Shown one piece after another: positions 13,214-26,600 of a stretch of DNA of 64,000 nucleotides. Position numbers and translations under genes: made by a program. Source of the DNA: the human T2T-CHM13v2.0 reference genome, Homo sapiens; assembly GCF_009914755.1 (NCBI RefSeq), contig NC_060929.1; one strand, 5' to 3'. Position 1 is the stretch's first letter. Every line of letters starts with the position of its first letter. The notes under the pieces are model-generated. The model was not told the DNA's origin. It worked only from the letters and a program-made list of their open reading frames with translations, and did not search any database.

Positions 13214-14530
13214 TGTAAAAAAATCAAACAGAAATCTTGGAACTGAGAAATCCATTTGTTTAACTGAAAAATTCATTAGGGGCACTCAACAGCAGAATGA
13301 ATCAAGCAGAGGAAAGAATCAGTGAACTTCAAAACAAGCTGTTGAGGGGGACAGAGCAAGATAGCCTAATAGAAGGCTCCACTCATCAGAAACACAAAAT
13401 TTATCAAATATCTACAAGCACAAAAAAAAGTACCTTCATAAGTACCAAAAATGAAGTGAGCACTCGCAGCACCTGGTTTTAACATATAGCTGAAAGAGGC
13501 ACTTAAGAGGGTAGAAAAACAGTCTTGAATTGCTGATGCCACCCCGCCCCCATTTCCTGGCAGCAGCCATTTGGCATGGAGAGAGAATCTGTGCACTTCG
13601 GAGAGGGAGAGTGCAGCAATTGTGAGACACTGTGTTGAACTCAGTGCTGCCCTATCAGAGCAGAAAGCAACACCGGACTGAACTCAGATGATACCCACCC
13701 ACAGAGGGCGTATTAAAGCCAGCCCTAGCCAGAAGGGAATCACCCATCCCAGTGGTCAGAATGTGAGTTCTGGCAAGCCTCACCACCACAGGCTAAAGTG
13801 CTCTAGGGCTCTAAATAAACTTAAAAGGTAGCTTATGCAACAAAGACTGTAACTTCTACATGAGTCCTCCTCTTGAACTGGACTCAGAGCCAGTGGACAT
13901 GGGGGGGATACACAACCTACTAAGATATCAGCTGAGGTGGTTAAGGGAGTGCTTGTGCCACCTCTCTCCCAACCCCAGGCCATACAGCCCACGGCCCCCA
14001 AAAAAGACCCTTTTCTTCCACTTGAGGAGAGGAGAAGGAAGACTAAGAAGACTTTGTCTTGCATATTGGATATCAGCTCACCACAGTAGGATAGGGCACC
14101 AGTCAGAGTTGTGAGGCCCTCTTTCCAGGCCCTAGCTCACAGACATTTCTAGACACATTATGAGCCAGAAGGGGACCCATTGCCTTGAAAGAAAGGAACA
14201 ATCACCTGCCGACTAAAGAGCCCTTGGTCCCTGAATAACCAGCAGTAATATCCACATAATACACTGTAGGCCTTGGGTGAGACTCTGAGACTTGCTGGCT
14301 TCTGGTGAGACTCAGCACATTCCCAGCTGCGGTGACTACAGGACTAAATTCCTCCTGCCTGAGAAAAGCAGAGGACCAGGAAGCAATAATAAAGAAAAGG
14401 GATTTATTTATTTTCTTTTTAGAATTATTTTAGGAATTTCTCTCTAGCTTAGCTAATTATCTTCAAATCCCAAATACTATATTCTCAAATATCACACTAA
14501 CACCAACTAAATTACAGAGCAAGTTTATGG

Positions 14531-15102
14531 TATGAAATAAAATAAATTTTCACTAATCCAAAGGGAAGACAGCTGGGAACTGCATCAAGCAAACTTGCTC
14601 CCAATTTATTACTAAATAAGATGGCTACAAAGATAAGGAAGCTACATACCTCCCTCACCATTTGCCCTTAGGGAATTTCCTTGTGGGCAAAGGATGAACA
14701 GAACACAATGCCATCTCTCCGCTCACCTGAGACAAATGCACATCTCATTGCTTCTTCTGCCCTATCATTTCACTAAGCCAGACTAAGACATAAGTGAAGA
14801 TTCTTTTACCCTCCTCTCACATGTAAATTGTGTATTCAGAAAAAGGCTAATCAGAGACTCAAAATAATGCAACCATTTGTCTTATCTACTTATGACCTGG
14901 AAGCCCCCTCCCATGCTTTGAGTTGTCCCAGCTTTCTGGACAAAACCAATGTACATCTTAAACATATTGTCTGAGGTCTCACAACTCCCAACAATGTATA
15001 AAAGCAAGCTGTACCCCAACTATCTTGGGAACATGTCCTCAGGACCTCCATAGGCTGTGTCACATCCATAACCTTGGCAAAATAAACTTTCCAAATTCAT
15101 TG
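14531..15102 (+). mobile_element. MER4A LTR (ERV1), truncated just after its polyA signal
   Basis: Matches MER4A text (agctgggaact…gctacatacctccctcac…gctcacctgagacaaatgca…ccttggcaaaataaactttc). AATAAA at 15081-15086, then A8 in place of the U5 end. Confidence 0.88.
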
Positions 15103-18100
15103 AAAAAAAAGAAAAGCAGAGGTAAACTAAAAGGAATTCTGTCTTGCACCTTAGCTCAGCCACAGGGGGGTAGAGCAACAATTGGGCTCTAGCAGTCACA
15201 ATTCCAGGCCTTGGCTCTTCGATGGCAATTCTGGACCTGCCTTGAGACACAGGGGAACCCACTGCCCTCAAGGGTGAGCCCTAGGCTTAGGAACATTCAC
15301 CATGAGCTGACTGAAGAGCCCTTGGGCCTTAAGTGAACATTGACAGTAGCCTGGCAGTACTTCTCATGGGCCTGTGGTGGTGGTGGCCACAGGGTGAGGT
15401 TCCTCTACCTGTGGAAAGGGGACGGAAGAGTGGGAAGAATTGCAGTTCATAGTTTTAGTGCCAGCTCAGCCACAGTACAAGAGAACACTGGACAGATTCC
15501 TAAGGTTTTTTTACTCTAGTCCCTGGATCCCAGATGGCACCTCTGGAATCACCCAGGGCCTAAGGGAACTCACTGCCCTGAAGGGAAGGACACAAGCATG
15601 GCTGGCTTTGCCAACTTCTGTTTGTAGAGTCCCAGAGCCCTGAGCAAATATAGCCAATATCCAGGCAGTGGTTACAGTGGGCCTTGGGTGAGATCCAGTG
15701 CTGTGCTGGCTTCAGGTCTGACCCAGCACAGTCCCAGTGGTGGTGGTCACAGAGGTGCTTGTGTCACCATAACCCCAGCTTCAGGCAGCTCAGAACAGAG
15801 TGAAAGACTCATTTGTCTGAGAGAAAGTAAGGGAAGTAAACAAGTGTCTCTTCCTGGTAATCCAGAGAATTGTACTGGATCTTATCCAAGACCACCAAGG
15901 CAGTATCTCTACAAGTCTGCAAGAAATGGTGTTACTGAGCTTGGGGTGTCCCCTAATGTAGATATGACTGAGATCACAACACCCAAGTCCATTCAAATAT
16001 CTAGAAAGTTAGGATGGGTACAAACAAGCCCAGAGTAAGACTACAGTAAATACTAACTCTTCAATACCCAGACACAGACAAACACCAAAATGCATCAAGA
16101 TCATCCAGGAAAACATGACCTCACCAAACAAACTAAATAAGGCACCAGGCACCAATCCTGGAGAAACAAAGACTTGTGACTTTGCCGACAGACCATTTTA
16201 AATAGCTGTTTTGAGGAAACAAACAAACAAAAAAACCAGAAGGAATTCAGAATCCTATCAGATAAATTTAACAAAGAGACTGGTATAATTTAAAAGAATC
16301 AAGCAGAAATTTTGGAGTTGAAAAATGCAACTGACATACTGAAGAATGTGTCAGAGTCTTTTAATAGTAGAACTGATCAAGAAGAAAAAAGAATTGGTGA
16401 GCTTGAAGACAGACTATTTGAAAATACACAGAGAAGACAAAACAGAAAAGAACAAAAAATAATGAAGTACACCTGCAGGATCTAGACAATAGCCTCAAAA
16501 AGGGGAATCGAAGAGTTATTGGCCTTAAAGAGAAGGGAGAGAAAGAGATAGGGATAGAAAGTTTATTCAAAGGGATAATAACAGGGAAATTCCCAAATCT
16601 AGAGAAAGATATCGATATTGAAGTACATGAAGGTTACAGAACACCAAACAGATTTAACCCAAAGACTACCTCAAGACATCTAATAATAAAATTCCCAGTG
16701 GTCAATTTTAAAGAAATGATCTGAAAGGTAGCAAGAGAAAAGAAACAAATAACATGCAATGGAGTCCAATATGTCTGGCAGCAGACTTTTCAGAGGAAAA
16801 TTTATAGGCCAGGAGAAAGTGGCATGACATATTTAAAGTGCTGAAGGAAAAAAACTTTTACCCTAGAATAGTATATCCAGTGAAAATATCCTTCAAACAT
16901 GAAGGAGAAATAAAGGACTTTCCCAGACAAACAAAAGCTGAGGGATTTCATCAACACCGGACCTGTCCTATAAGAAATGCTAAAGGAAGTATTTCAATAA
17001 GTAAGAAAAGGATGCTAATAAGAAGAAATCATCCAAAGGTACAAAACTCACTGGTCATGGTAAATACACAGAAAACACAGAATATGACAACACGGTAACT
17101 GTGGTGTAATATTCTCTTTAATTTATTTGTTCAAATAACTTCCTTATTTGAAGTTTTTCTTCTTTTCTTCATGTGGGCATTTATAGCTATAAACTTTCCT
17201 CTTAAGTACTACTTTCACCGCATTGCATGGGTTTTGGTGTGTTATATTTCCATTATCATTTGTTTCAAGAAACAAAATACAAAAGATTAATGAGACAAAA
17301 ATATGTTTAAAAAATAAAATTGACAAACCTTTAGTCAGGCTTACTAAGAAAAAAAGAGAGAAGACTCAAACAAATCAGAGATGAAAAAGGAGACATTACA
17401 ACTGATACTGCAGACATTTAAAGGATCATTAGTGACTACTATAAGCAATGATATGCCAACAAAATTTTTCAATTTCCTTGTTAATTTCTTCATTGACCTA
17501 CTGGTCATTTAGGAGCATGTTGTTTAATTTCCATGTGTTTTTGTAGTTTCTAAAATTCCTCTTATTATTGATTTCTAACTCCATTGTGGTCAGAAAAGAT
17601 ACTTCATATTATTTCAGTTTTTTGAAATTGGAAAATCTAGAAGAAATGAATAAATTCCCAGAAACACACAGCCTACCAAGATTGAACCATGAAGAAATCC
17701 AAAACCGGAACAGGTAAATAACAAGTAACAAGATCAAAGCCGTAAAAAAACTCTCCCATTTAAAAAAAGCCTGGGCCCCGGTGCCTTCAATGCTAACACA
17801 AACATATAAACAAGAACTAATACCAGTCCTACTCAAAGTATTCTGAAAAAATATAGGAGGAAGAAATACTTCCAAACCCATTCTGTGAGGCCAGTATTAC
17901 CCTCATACCAAACCATAAAAATATACATTAAAAAAAGGAAACTATAGGCCAGTATCTCTGATGAATATTGATGAAAAAATCTTCAACAAAATACTAGAAA
18001 ACCAAATTCAGCAACACATTGAAAGAGCAAGCAGAATTTATCTCAGGGATTCAAGAATGATTCAACATATGCAAATCCATCAATTTGATACATCATGTCA

Positions 18101-18384
18101 ACAGAATGAAGGACAAAAATCATATGATTATTTCAACTGATGCTGAAAAAGCATTTGATAGAATTCAACCTCCCTTGATGATTAAAAACCCTTAAAAAAC
18201 TGAATATAGAATTAACATACCTCAACATAATAAAAGCTATATATATCAGACTCATAGCTAGTATCATGCAGAAAGAGGAGAAACTGAAAGCCTACTGAGG
18301 ATGCCCACTTTCACCATTGTTATTCAACACAGTACTGGAAATCCTGGCTATGGCAATCAGACAAGAGAAACAAATAAAGGGCAT

Positions 18385-21161
18385 TGGCAAAACTGAATCA
18401 GAAAGAAATTGAATCCCTAAACAGACCAATAATAAGCTCTGAAATTGAGGCAAAAATAAACAACCTACCAAACAACAACAACAAAAAAGCCCAGGACCAG
18501 ATGGATTCACAGATGAATTCTACCAGATGTACAAAGAGCTGTACCATTCCTACTGAAACTGTTCCAAAAAATGAGGAGGAGGGACTCCTCCCTAACTCAT
18601 TCTACAAGACCAGCATGATCCTGATACCAAAACCTGGCAGATAAACAACAATAAAGAAAATTTCAGGCCAATATCCCTGATGAGCAATGACACATAAATC
18701 CTCAACAAAATACTGGCAAATCTAATCCAGCAGCACATCAAAAAGCTTATCTACCATGACCAAGTAGGTTTTATCACTGGGATGCAAGACTGGTTCAACA
18801 TACACAAGTCAATAAATGTGATTCATCACATAAACAGTACTAAAAACAAAAACCACATGATTACCTCAATAGATTCAGAAAAGGCTTTTGATAAAATCCA
18901 ACATCTCTTCATGTTAAAAAATTCCCAATAAACTACTTACTGGAAAAACATGTCTCCAAGTAATAAGAGCCATCTAAGATAAACCCACAGCCCACATCAT
19001 ACTGAATGGGCAGAAGTTGGAAGTATTCCCCTTAAAAACTGGCATAGAACAAGGACGTCCTCTCTCACCACTCCTATTCAACATAGTATTGGAAGTCCTG
19101 GCCAAGGCAATTAGGCAACAGAAAGAAATAAAGGTGTTCAAATAGAAAGAGAGTAAGTCAAAATATCCCTGTTTGCAGAAGACATGATCCTATATCTAGA
19201 AAACCCCATCATCTCAGCCCAAAATCTTAAGTTGATAAACTCACCAAAGTCTGAGGATGCAAAACTAATGTGCAAACATCACTGGCATGTCTATACACCA
19301 GCAACAGTCAATCTGAGAGCCAAATTAAAAATGAACTCATGTTCACAACTGCCACAAAAAGGATAAAATACCTAGAAATACAGCTAACCAGAGAGGTGAA
19401 AGACCTCTACAAGAAAAACTATAAACCACTGCTAAAGGAAATCAGAGATGATACAAACAAATGGAAAGCATTCCATGCTCATGCATAGGAAGAATCAATA
19501 TTGTTAAAATGGCCATACTGCCCAAAGCAATTTACAGATTCAATGCTATTCCTATCAAACTATCATTTAGATAATTCACAGAACTGGAAAAAATTATTTT
19601 AAAATTCATATGAAACCAAAAATGAGCCTGAATATCCAAGGCAATCTTAAGCCAAAAGAACAAAGCTGGAGGCATCATGCTACCCAACTTCAAATTACAC
19701 TATAGGGCTACAGTAACCAAAACAACATGGTACTGATATAAAAAAAAACAGACACATAGGCCAATGGAACAGAATAGAGAACCCAGAAATAAGACCGCAC
19801 ACCTGCTACTAGCTGATCTTCCAGAAACCTGACAAAAACAAGCAATGAGGAAAGGATTCCCTATTCAGCAAAGGAGCTGGGAGAACTGGCTAGCCATATG
19901 CAGAAGATTGAACCTGGACCCCTTCCTTACACCATAGACAAATATTAATTCAAGATGAATTAAGGACTTAAATGTAAAACCCAAAACTATAAAAACTCTG
20001 GAAGACAACATAGACAATACCATTCAAGACATAGGCATGGGCAAAGATTTCATGATGATGATGCCAAAAGCAATTGCAACAAAAGCAAAAATTAACAAAT
20101 GGGATTTAATTAAACTAAAGAGCACTGCACACCAAAATAAAGCGCTATGTTCTTTCATAGAAACAACTATGTTGTTACTATCAATATAGTAAACAAACAA
20201 CCTACAGAATGGGAGAAAATTTTTACAAATTATGCATCTGACAAAGATCTAATACGCAGAATCTATATGGTACATCAACAAATTTGCAAGAGGAAAACAA
20301 ACAACCCTATTAAAAAGTGGGTAAAGGACATGAACAGACACTTTTCAAGAGAAGACATACATGCGGCCAACAATTAGATGAAAAAAAAACCCAACATGTC
20401 TGATCATTAGAGAAATGCAAATCAGAACCACGATGAGATATCATCTCACACCAGTCAGAATAGCTGTTATTGAAAAGTCCAAAAATAACAGATGCTGGTG
20501 AGGTTGTAGAGAAAAAGGAACACTTTTACACCATTGGTGGGCATATGAATTAGTTCAACCATTGTGGAAGACAGTGTGGCAAATCTTCAAAGACCTGAAG
20601 ACAGAAGTATCATTTGACCCAAAAATCCCATTATTGGGTATATACCCAAAGGAATAAAATTGTTCTATTATGAACACACATGCACATGTATATTCATTCT
20701 AGCACTATTCACAATAGCAAAGACATGGAATCAACCTAAATGCTCATTGATAACAGACTGGATAAAGAAAATGTGGTACATACACACCATGGAATACTAT
20801 GCAGCCATAACAAAGAATGAGATCATGTGCTTTGCAGCAACATGGATGGATCTGGAGGCCATTATCCTTAGCAAACTAATGCAGCAACAGAAAACCAAAT
20901 GCCACATGTTTTCACTTATAAATGGGAGTTAAATGATGAGAACACATGGACACATAAAGGGGAACAACACACACTGGGGCCTATTGGAGGGTAGAGGGTG
21001 GGAGGAGAGAGAGAATCATGAAAAATAACTAATGGGTACTAGGCTTAATACCTTGGTGACAAAATAATCTATACAACAAACCCCTATGACAGAAATTTAC
21101 CTATGTAACAAATCTGCACATGTACCCCTGAACTTAAAAGTTAAAAAATTAAATTAAATTA
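18385..21161 (+). mobile_element. 5'-truncated L1PA13-like element nested in L1MA1/2 ORF2
   Basis: ORF2 3' half plus 3'UTR aaaataactaatgggtactaggcttaatacc…tgtacccctgaacttaaaag. Degenerate TSD aaacaaataaagggcat (18368-18384) / aaagaaagcaagggtat (21162-21178). Confidence 0.85.
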
Positions 21162-23376
21162 AAAGAAAGCAAGGGTATCCAAATGGAAAGAAAGAAGTCA
21201 AGTTATTCCTCTTTGCAGTTGATATGATCTTATATTTAGGAAAACCTAGGCTCTACCAAAAAAACTATTAGAACTGATAAACAAATTCAATAAAGTTGCA
21301 GGATACAAAATTAACAGACAAGAATCGGTAGCACATCTATATGTGTACAGCAAACAATCTGAAAAAGAAATCAGGAAAGTAATTCCATTTATAATAGTTA
21401 TAAGTAAAATATCTAGGAATTAACCAAAGAATTGAAAGATCTCTACAATGAAAATTATAAAACATGCAAGAAATTGAAGAAGACAAAAAAAGGAAAAATA
21501 TTACATGTTCATAGATTGGAAGAATCAATATTGTTAAAATGTCCATACTACCCAAAATAATCTACAGATTTAATGCAATCCCTATCAAATTACCAATGAC
21601 ATTCTTCCCAGAAATACAAAAAACTATCCTAACATTTATATAGAACCACAACAGACCCTAAATAGTCAAAGGTATCCTAAGCAAAAAGAATAAAACTGGA
21701 AGAATCACATTACCTGACTTTAAATTATACTACAAAGGTATGGTAACCAAAACGAAATGGTATTGTATAAAAACCGACACATAGATCAGTGGAACAAGGT
21801 GCCAAGAATGTACGTTGGGGAAAGGAAAGTCTCTTCAATAAATGGTGTTTGGAAAACTGGATATCCACATGCAGTGGAATGAAACTACACCCCTCTCACT
21901 ATATACAAAGATCAAGTCAAAGTGGATTAATGACTTAAATCTAGGACCTCAAAGTTTAAAACCTCTAAAAGAAAACACTGGAGAAACTCTCCAGGACATT
22001 GTGCTGGGCAAAGATTTCTTGAGTAACATCCCGTAAGCACAGGCAACCAAAACACAAATAGACAAATGGGATCACATCAAGCTAAAAAGTTTCTCCACAG
22101 CAAAGGAAACAATCAACAAAATGAAGAGATGACCTACAGAATTAGAAAAAAATATTTGCAAACTATTCATCTGATAAAGGATTAATAAACAGAATATATA
22201 ATGAGATAAAACTTTATAGGAAAAAATATATAATAATCTAATTGAAAAATGGGTAAAAGATCTAAATAAGCATTTCTCAAAAGAGGACACAAATGGCAAA
22301 GAGGTATATAAAAAGGTGCTCAACATCACTGATCATCAGAGAAATGTAAATCAAAACTACAATGAGATATCATCTCACTCCAGTTAAAATGGCTTTTATC
22401 CAAGTCAGGCAATAACAAATACTGGTGAGAATGTGGAGAAATGGGAACCCTTGTACACAGTTGGTGGGAAGGTAAATTAGTAAAACTAGTATGCAGAGCA
22501 ATTTGGAGGTTCCTCAAAATAAATAAATAAATAAATAAATAAAACAAAACAAAAATAGAACTACCATATGATCCCTGAATCTCACTCCTAGGTATATACT
22601 GAAAAAAAAGGAAATCAGTATATTGAAGAGATTTCTGCTCTCCCATGTTTAGTGCAGCACTATTCACAATAGCCAAGATTTGGAAGCTACCTACGTGTCC
22701 ATCAACAGATGAATGGAGAGAGAAAATTTGGTACATATACATAATGGGGTATTATTCAGCCATAAAAAAAAGAAATCCTGTTATTTGTAACAACATAGAT
22801 GAACCAGGAGGTCATTATGTTAAGTGAAATAAGCCAGGCACAGAAAGACAAACATCACATGTTCTCACTTATTTGTGGGAACTAAAAATTGAAACTATTG
22901 AACTCATAGAGACAGAGAGCAGAAGGATGGCTAAAGGAGGCAAAAATTAAAACTACTGAACTCATGAAGATGGAGAGTAGAAGGATGGCTATCAGAGGCT
23001 TGGAAGGGTAGTTGGGGATAGGAGGGATAAGCGTGGATGGCTAAGGGGTACAAAAAATTGAAAGAATAAGACCTAGTATTTGCTAGGACAACAGGCTGAC
23101 TATAGTCAATAATAATTTAATTGTAAACTTTAAAACAACTAAAAGAATATAATTGGATTGTTTGTATCACAAAGGATAAATGCTTGAGGTGATGGATAAC
23201 CCATATGTGCTGATGTAATTACTGTGCATTGCATGCCTGTAACAATATATCTCATGTAACCCATCAATATATACACCTAGTATGTACCCACAAAAATTTA
23301 AAATTTAAAAAACAGGCTATCTGAAAATACATGGTAAGAGGAGAAAAAAGAATAAACAATAAAAAGGAAGAGAAAA

Positions 23377-23656
23377 GGCTAGGTGAGGTAGCTCATGCCT
23401 GTAATCCCAGCACTTTAGGAGGCCGAGGCGGGTGGAACACTTGAGCCCAGGAGTTTGAGAACTGCCTGGGCAACAGGGTGAAACCCTGTCTCTACAAAAA
23501 ATACAAAAATTAGCCAGATATGATGGTATACGCCTGTAGTCCCAGCTACTCAGGATGCTGAGGCAAGAGAATTGTTGACCCCAGGAGGCAGAGGTGGTAG
23601 TGAGCCAAGATCATGCCACTGCACTCAAGCCTGGGCGACAGAATGAGACCCTGTCT

Positions 23657-23687
<31 letters not shown>
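23377..23687 (+). mobile_element. AluJ-like SINE
   Basis: Dimer with cacttgagcccaggagtttgag and a long A tail; flanked by gaagagaaa repeats. Confidence 0.9.
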
Positions 23688-23689
<2 letters not shown>

Positions 23690-26600
23690 AGAGAAAGCCT
23701 ACACAAAATAGAAAATTACCTCAAAATACCAAATATAAGAATTACCCGTGTTCAAGAGGGAGTTGAGCAAGAGCAAGGGGTAAAAAGCTTATTCAAAGTA
23801 ATAATAACAGAAACATTTCCAAAACCTGGAGAAGATATAAATATCCAGGTATAGGATGATCAGAGGACACCAAATAAATTTGACCCAAATAAGCCTATCT
23901 GAAGGCATAAAATCAAATTCTCAAAGGTCAATGAAAACCAGAGGATCCTTAAAACAGCAAGAGAAAAGAAGCAAATAACATATAAAGGAGCTCCAATTTG
24001 TCTGGCAACAGACTTCTTGATGGAAACCATACAAGCCAGGAAAAAGTGGGACAACATTTTCAAAGTGTTGAAAGAAAGAAAACTGGCATCTAAGAATAGT
24101 CTACTCTGCACAGCTATCATTCAAATATGAAGGAGAGGTAGTCATTCCCAGATAAACAAAAGCTGAGAGAATTCACCACCACCACCAAATCCATCTTGTA
24201 AGAAATGCTAAGTTCTTCAATCTGAAGGAAAAAAACACTAACATGCAAAAAAAAACATGTGAAGATACAAAACCCACTGGTAACAGTAAGTACATGGAGA
24301 AATATACAATACTCTAATACTGTAGGTGTGGTTTACAATCCATTTACAACTTTAATATAAAGCCCCTAAAAAATTATCAAAAACAATAACAGCTACAGCA
24401 GCTTGTTAAGAGATAGACTAAAAGCATGTAAATTGAGACAACATAATGTCCAATGTTGTAAGGTGACGAAGTTAAAGTGAAAAGGGTTTTTTTTCCCCTT
24501 TTTCTGTTTGCTTCTATTTCTTCATTGTGATCTAAGATAAGGTGTCATCTCTTTAAAATAACTTTTTATATCTATAAGATAATTTTGTAAGCCTCATGGT
24601 AACCACAATGCAAAACTCTACAATAGCTTCATTAAAAATAAAAGACAATTATTTAAAATGTACTGCAAGAGAATATCACTTAACCACAAAGGAAGACAGT
24701 AAGAAAGGAAGAGAGGAAAAAAGAAGTTACAAGACAACCAAAAACCAAGCAACAAAATGGCAGTAATAAGTCCTTATCAGTAGTAACAATAAATGTAAAT
24801 GGACTCAATTCTTCAATTAAAAAGCATAGAGTGACTGAATGGAGGAAGGAATGAGACCCAACTATATGCTGTCTACAGGAAACCTACTTCATCCCTAAAG
24901 ACAGAGTGAAAGTGAAGGAATGGATAAAGATATTCCAAGCAACTGGAAACCAGAAAAAAAAAAAAGAAAAAAAACTCAGGAATATCTATGTTTACATCAG
25001 ATAAAAATAGCCTACAAATCAAAGACTATAAAAAGAGACAATAATGGTCACTATATAATAATGAAGGGGACAATTCAGTAAGATGATATAACAATTATAA
25101 GCATGTATGCACACAACAATAGAGCCCCAAAGTATATAAAGCAAACATAAGTATATCTAAAGGGAGAGACAGACTGCAATGTAATAATAGTAGAAGATCT
25201 CAAGAGCCCACTCTTAGTAATGAATAGACAGTCCAGGACAAAAATCAACAAAGAAACATTGGTGTTAAGCTACACATTAGACCAAAGAGGCCTAATTGAC
25301 ATTTACAGAACATTTCACCCAAGTACTGCAGAATACACATTCTTTTCATCAACACATGTAACATTCTCCAAAATAGACCATATCTTAGGCCACCAAACAA
25401 GTCTCAACAAATTCAAAAAGGTAGCAATCACATCATGTATCTTTTCTGACAACAATGGAAGAAAACTAGACATTAATAAGAAGAGGAACACAAGAAACTA
25501 GAAAATCAAGAAAAAACTAAATGCAAAATTAGTAAACACTGACATCAAAAAGCATAAAGATTTTCAAATAAACCCAACAATGCATCACAAGAAACTAGAA
25601 AATCGAGAAAAAACCAAATGCAAAATTAGTAGAAAGAAAGAAATAATAAAGATCAGAGCAGAAATAAATGGTATTAAGATCTGAAAAATACAGAAAATCA
25701 ACAAGATGAAAAGTTGCTTTTTGGAAAGATAAGCAAAATGAAAAAACTCTTAACTGCACTAATAAAAAAAAAAGACAGGAAGGGGCCAAATAAGTAAAAT
25801 TGTAAACAAAAAAACTGAGACATAATTGAGAAGACAGAAATATAAAGAATCATTAGAAGCTATTATGAACAACTGTATTTCAGCAAATTGGAAAACCTGG
25901 AAGAAATTCATAAATTCTGGGACATTCACAACCTACCATGACTGAACCATGAAGAAATAACCTCAACAAACCAATAACATGTAACAAAATGAGGCTGTAA
26001 TAATGTCTTCAGTCAAAGAAAATCCCAGGACCTGATGGCTTCACTGTGAATTCTACCAAATATTTAAAGAAGAACTAACATCAATTCTACTCACACTGTT
26101 CAAAAAACAAATGACAGGGAAGGAATACTTCCAAACTAATTCTACAAGGCCAGCATTACCTTGATACCAAAACCAGATAAGGACTCAGTGGAAAAAAAAA
26201 AATACAAACAAACAAAAACTACCAGCCAATATCACTGATTAACATATATGCAAAAATCTTCAACAAAATACTAGCAAATCAAATTGAACAAAACATTAAA
26301 AAGATTATTCACCATGATCAAGCAGGATTCATCCCAGAAATGCAAGGATGGATTGAAATATGCAAATCAATAAACATGATACATCACATTAACAGAATAA
26401 ACAAAAATCACATGATCATTTCAATAGGTGCTGAAAAATCATTTGATAATAATTCAACATTCTTTATGATAAAATCTCTCAACCAAACTGGGTATGGAAG
26501 GAACATACTTCAAAACAATAAAGGCCATACACAACAAACCTATAGCTAACATTGTATTAAATGGAGGGAAATTGGAAACTTTTCCTCTAAGATCTAGAAC

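Larger units (their letters stand above)
13344..23308 (+). mobile_element. Near full-length L1MA1/2-like element with internal rearrangement and nested inserts
   Basis: 5' end gggacagagcaagatagcctaatagaaggctcc; ORF1 about 16100-17050; ORF2; 3' end atacacctagtatgtacccacaaaaattt. TSD aaaacaagctgt (13331-13342) / aaaacaggctat (23309-23320). Confidence 0.85.

Noticed and set aside
12827-13285. 152-aa and similar Alu-antisense ORFs (also 28177..28644, 35111..35617, 56736..57167)
   Set aside because: Standard translations of Alu/L1 sequence with no gene context.
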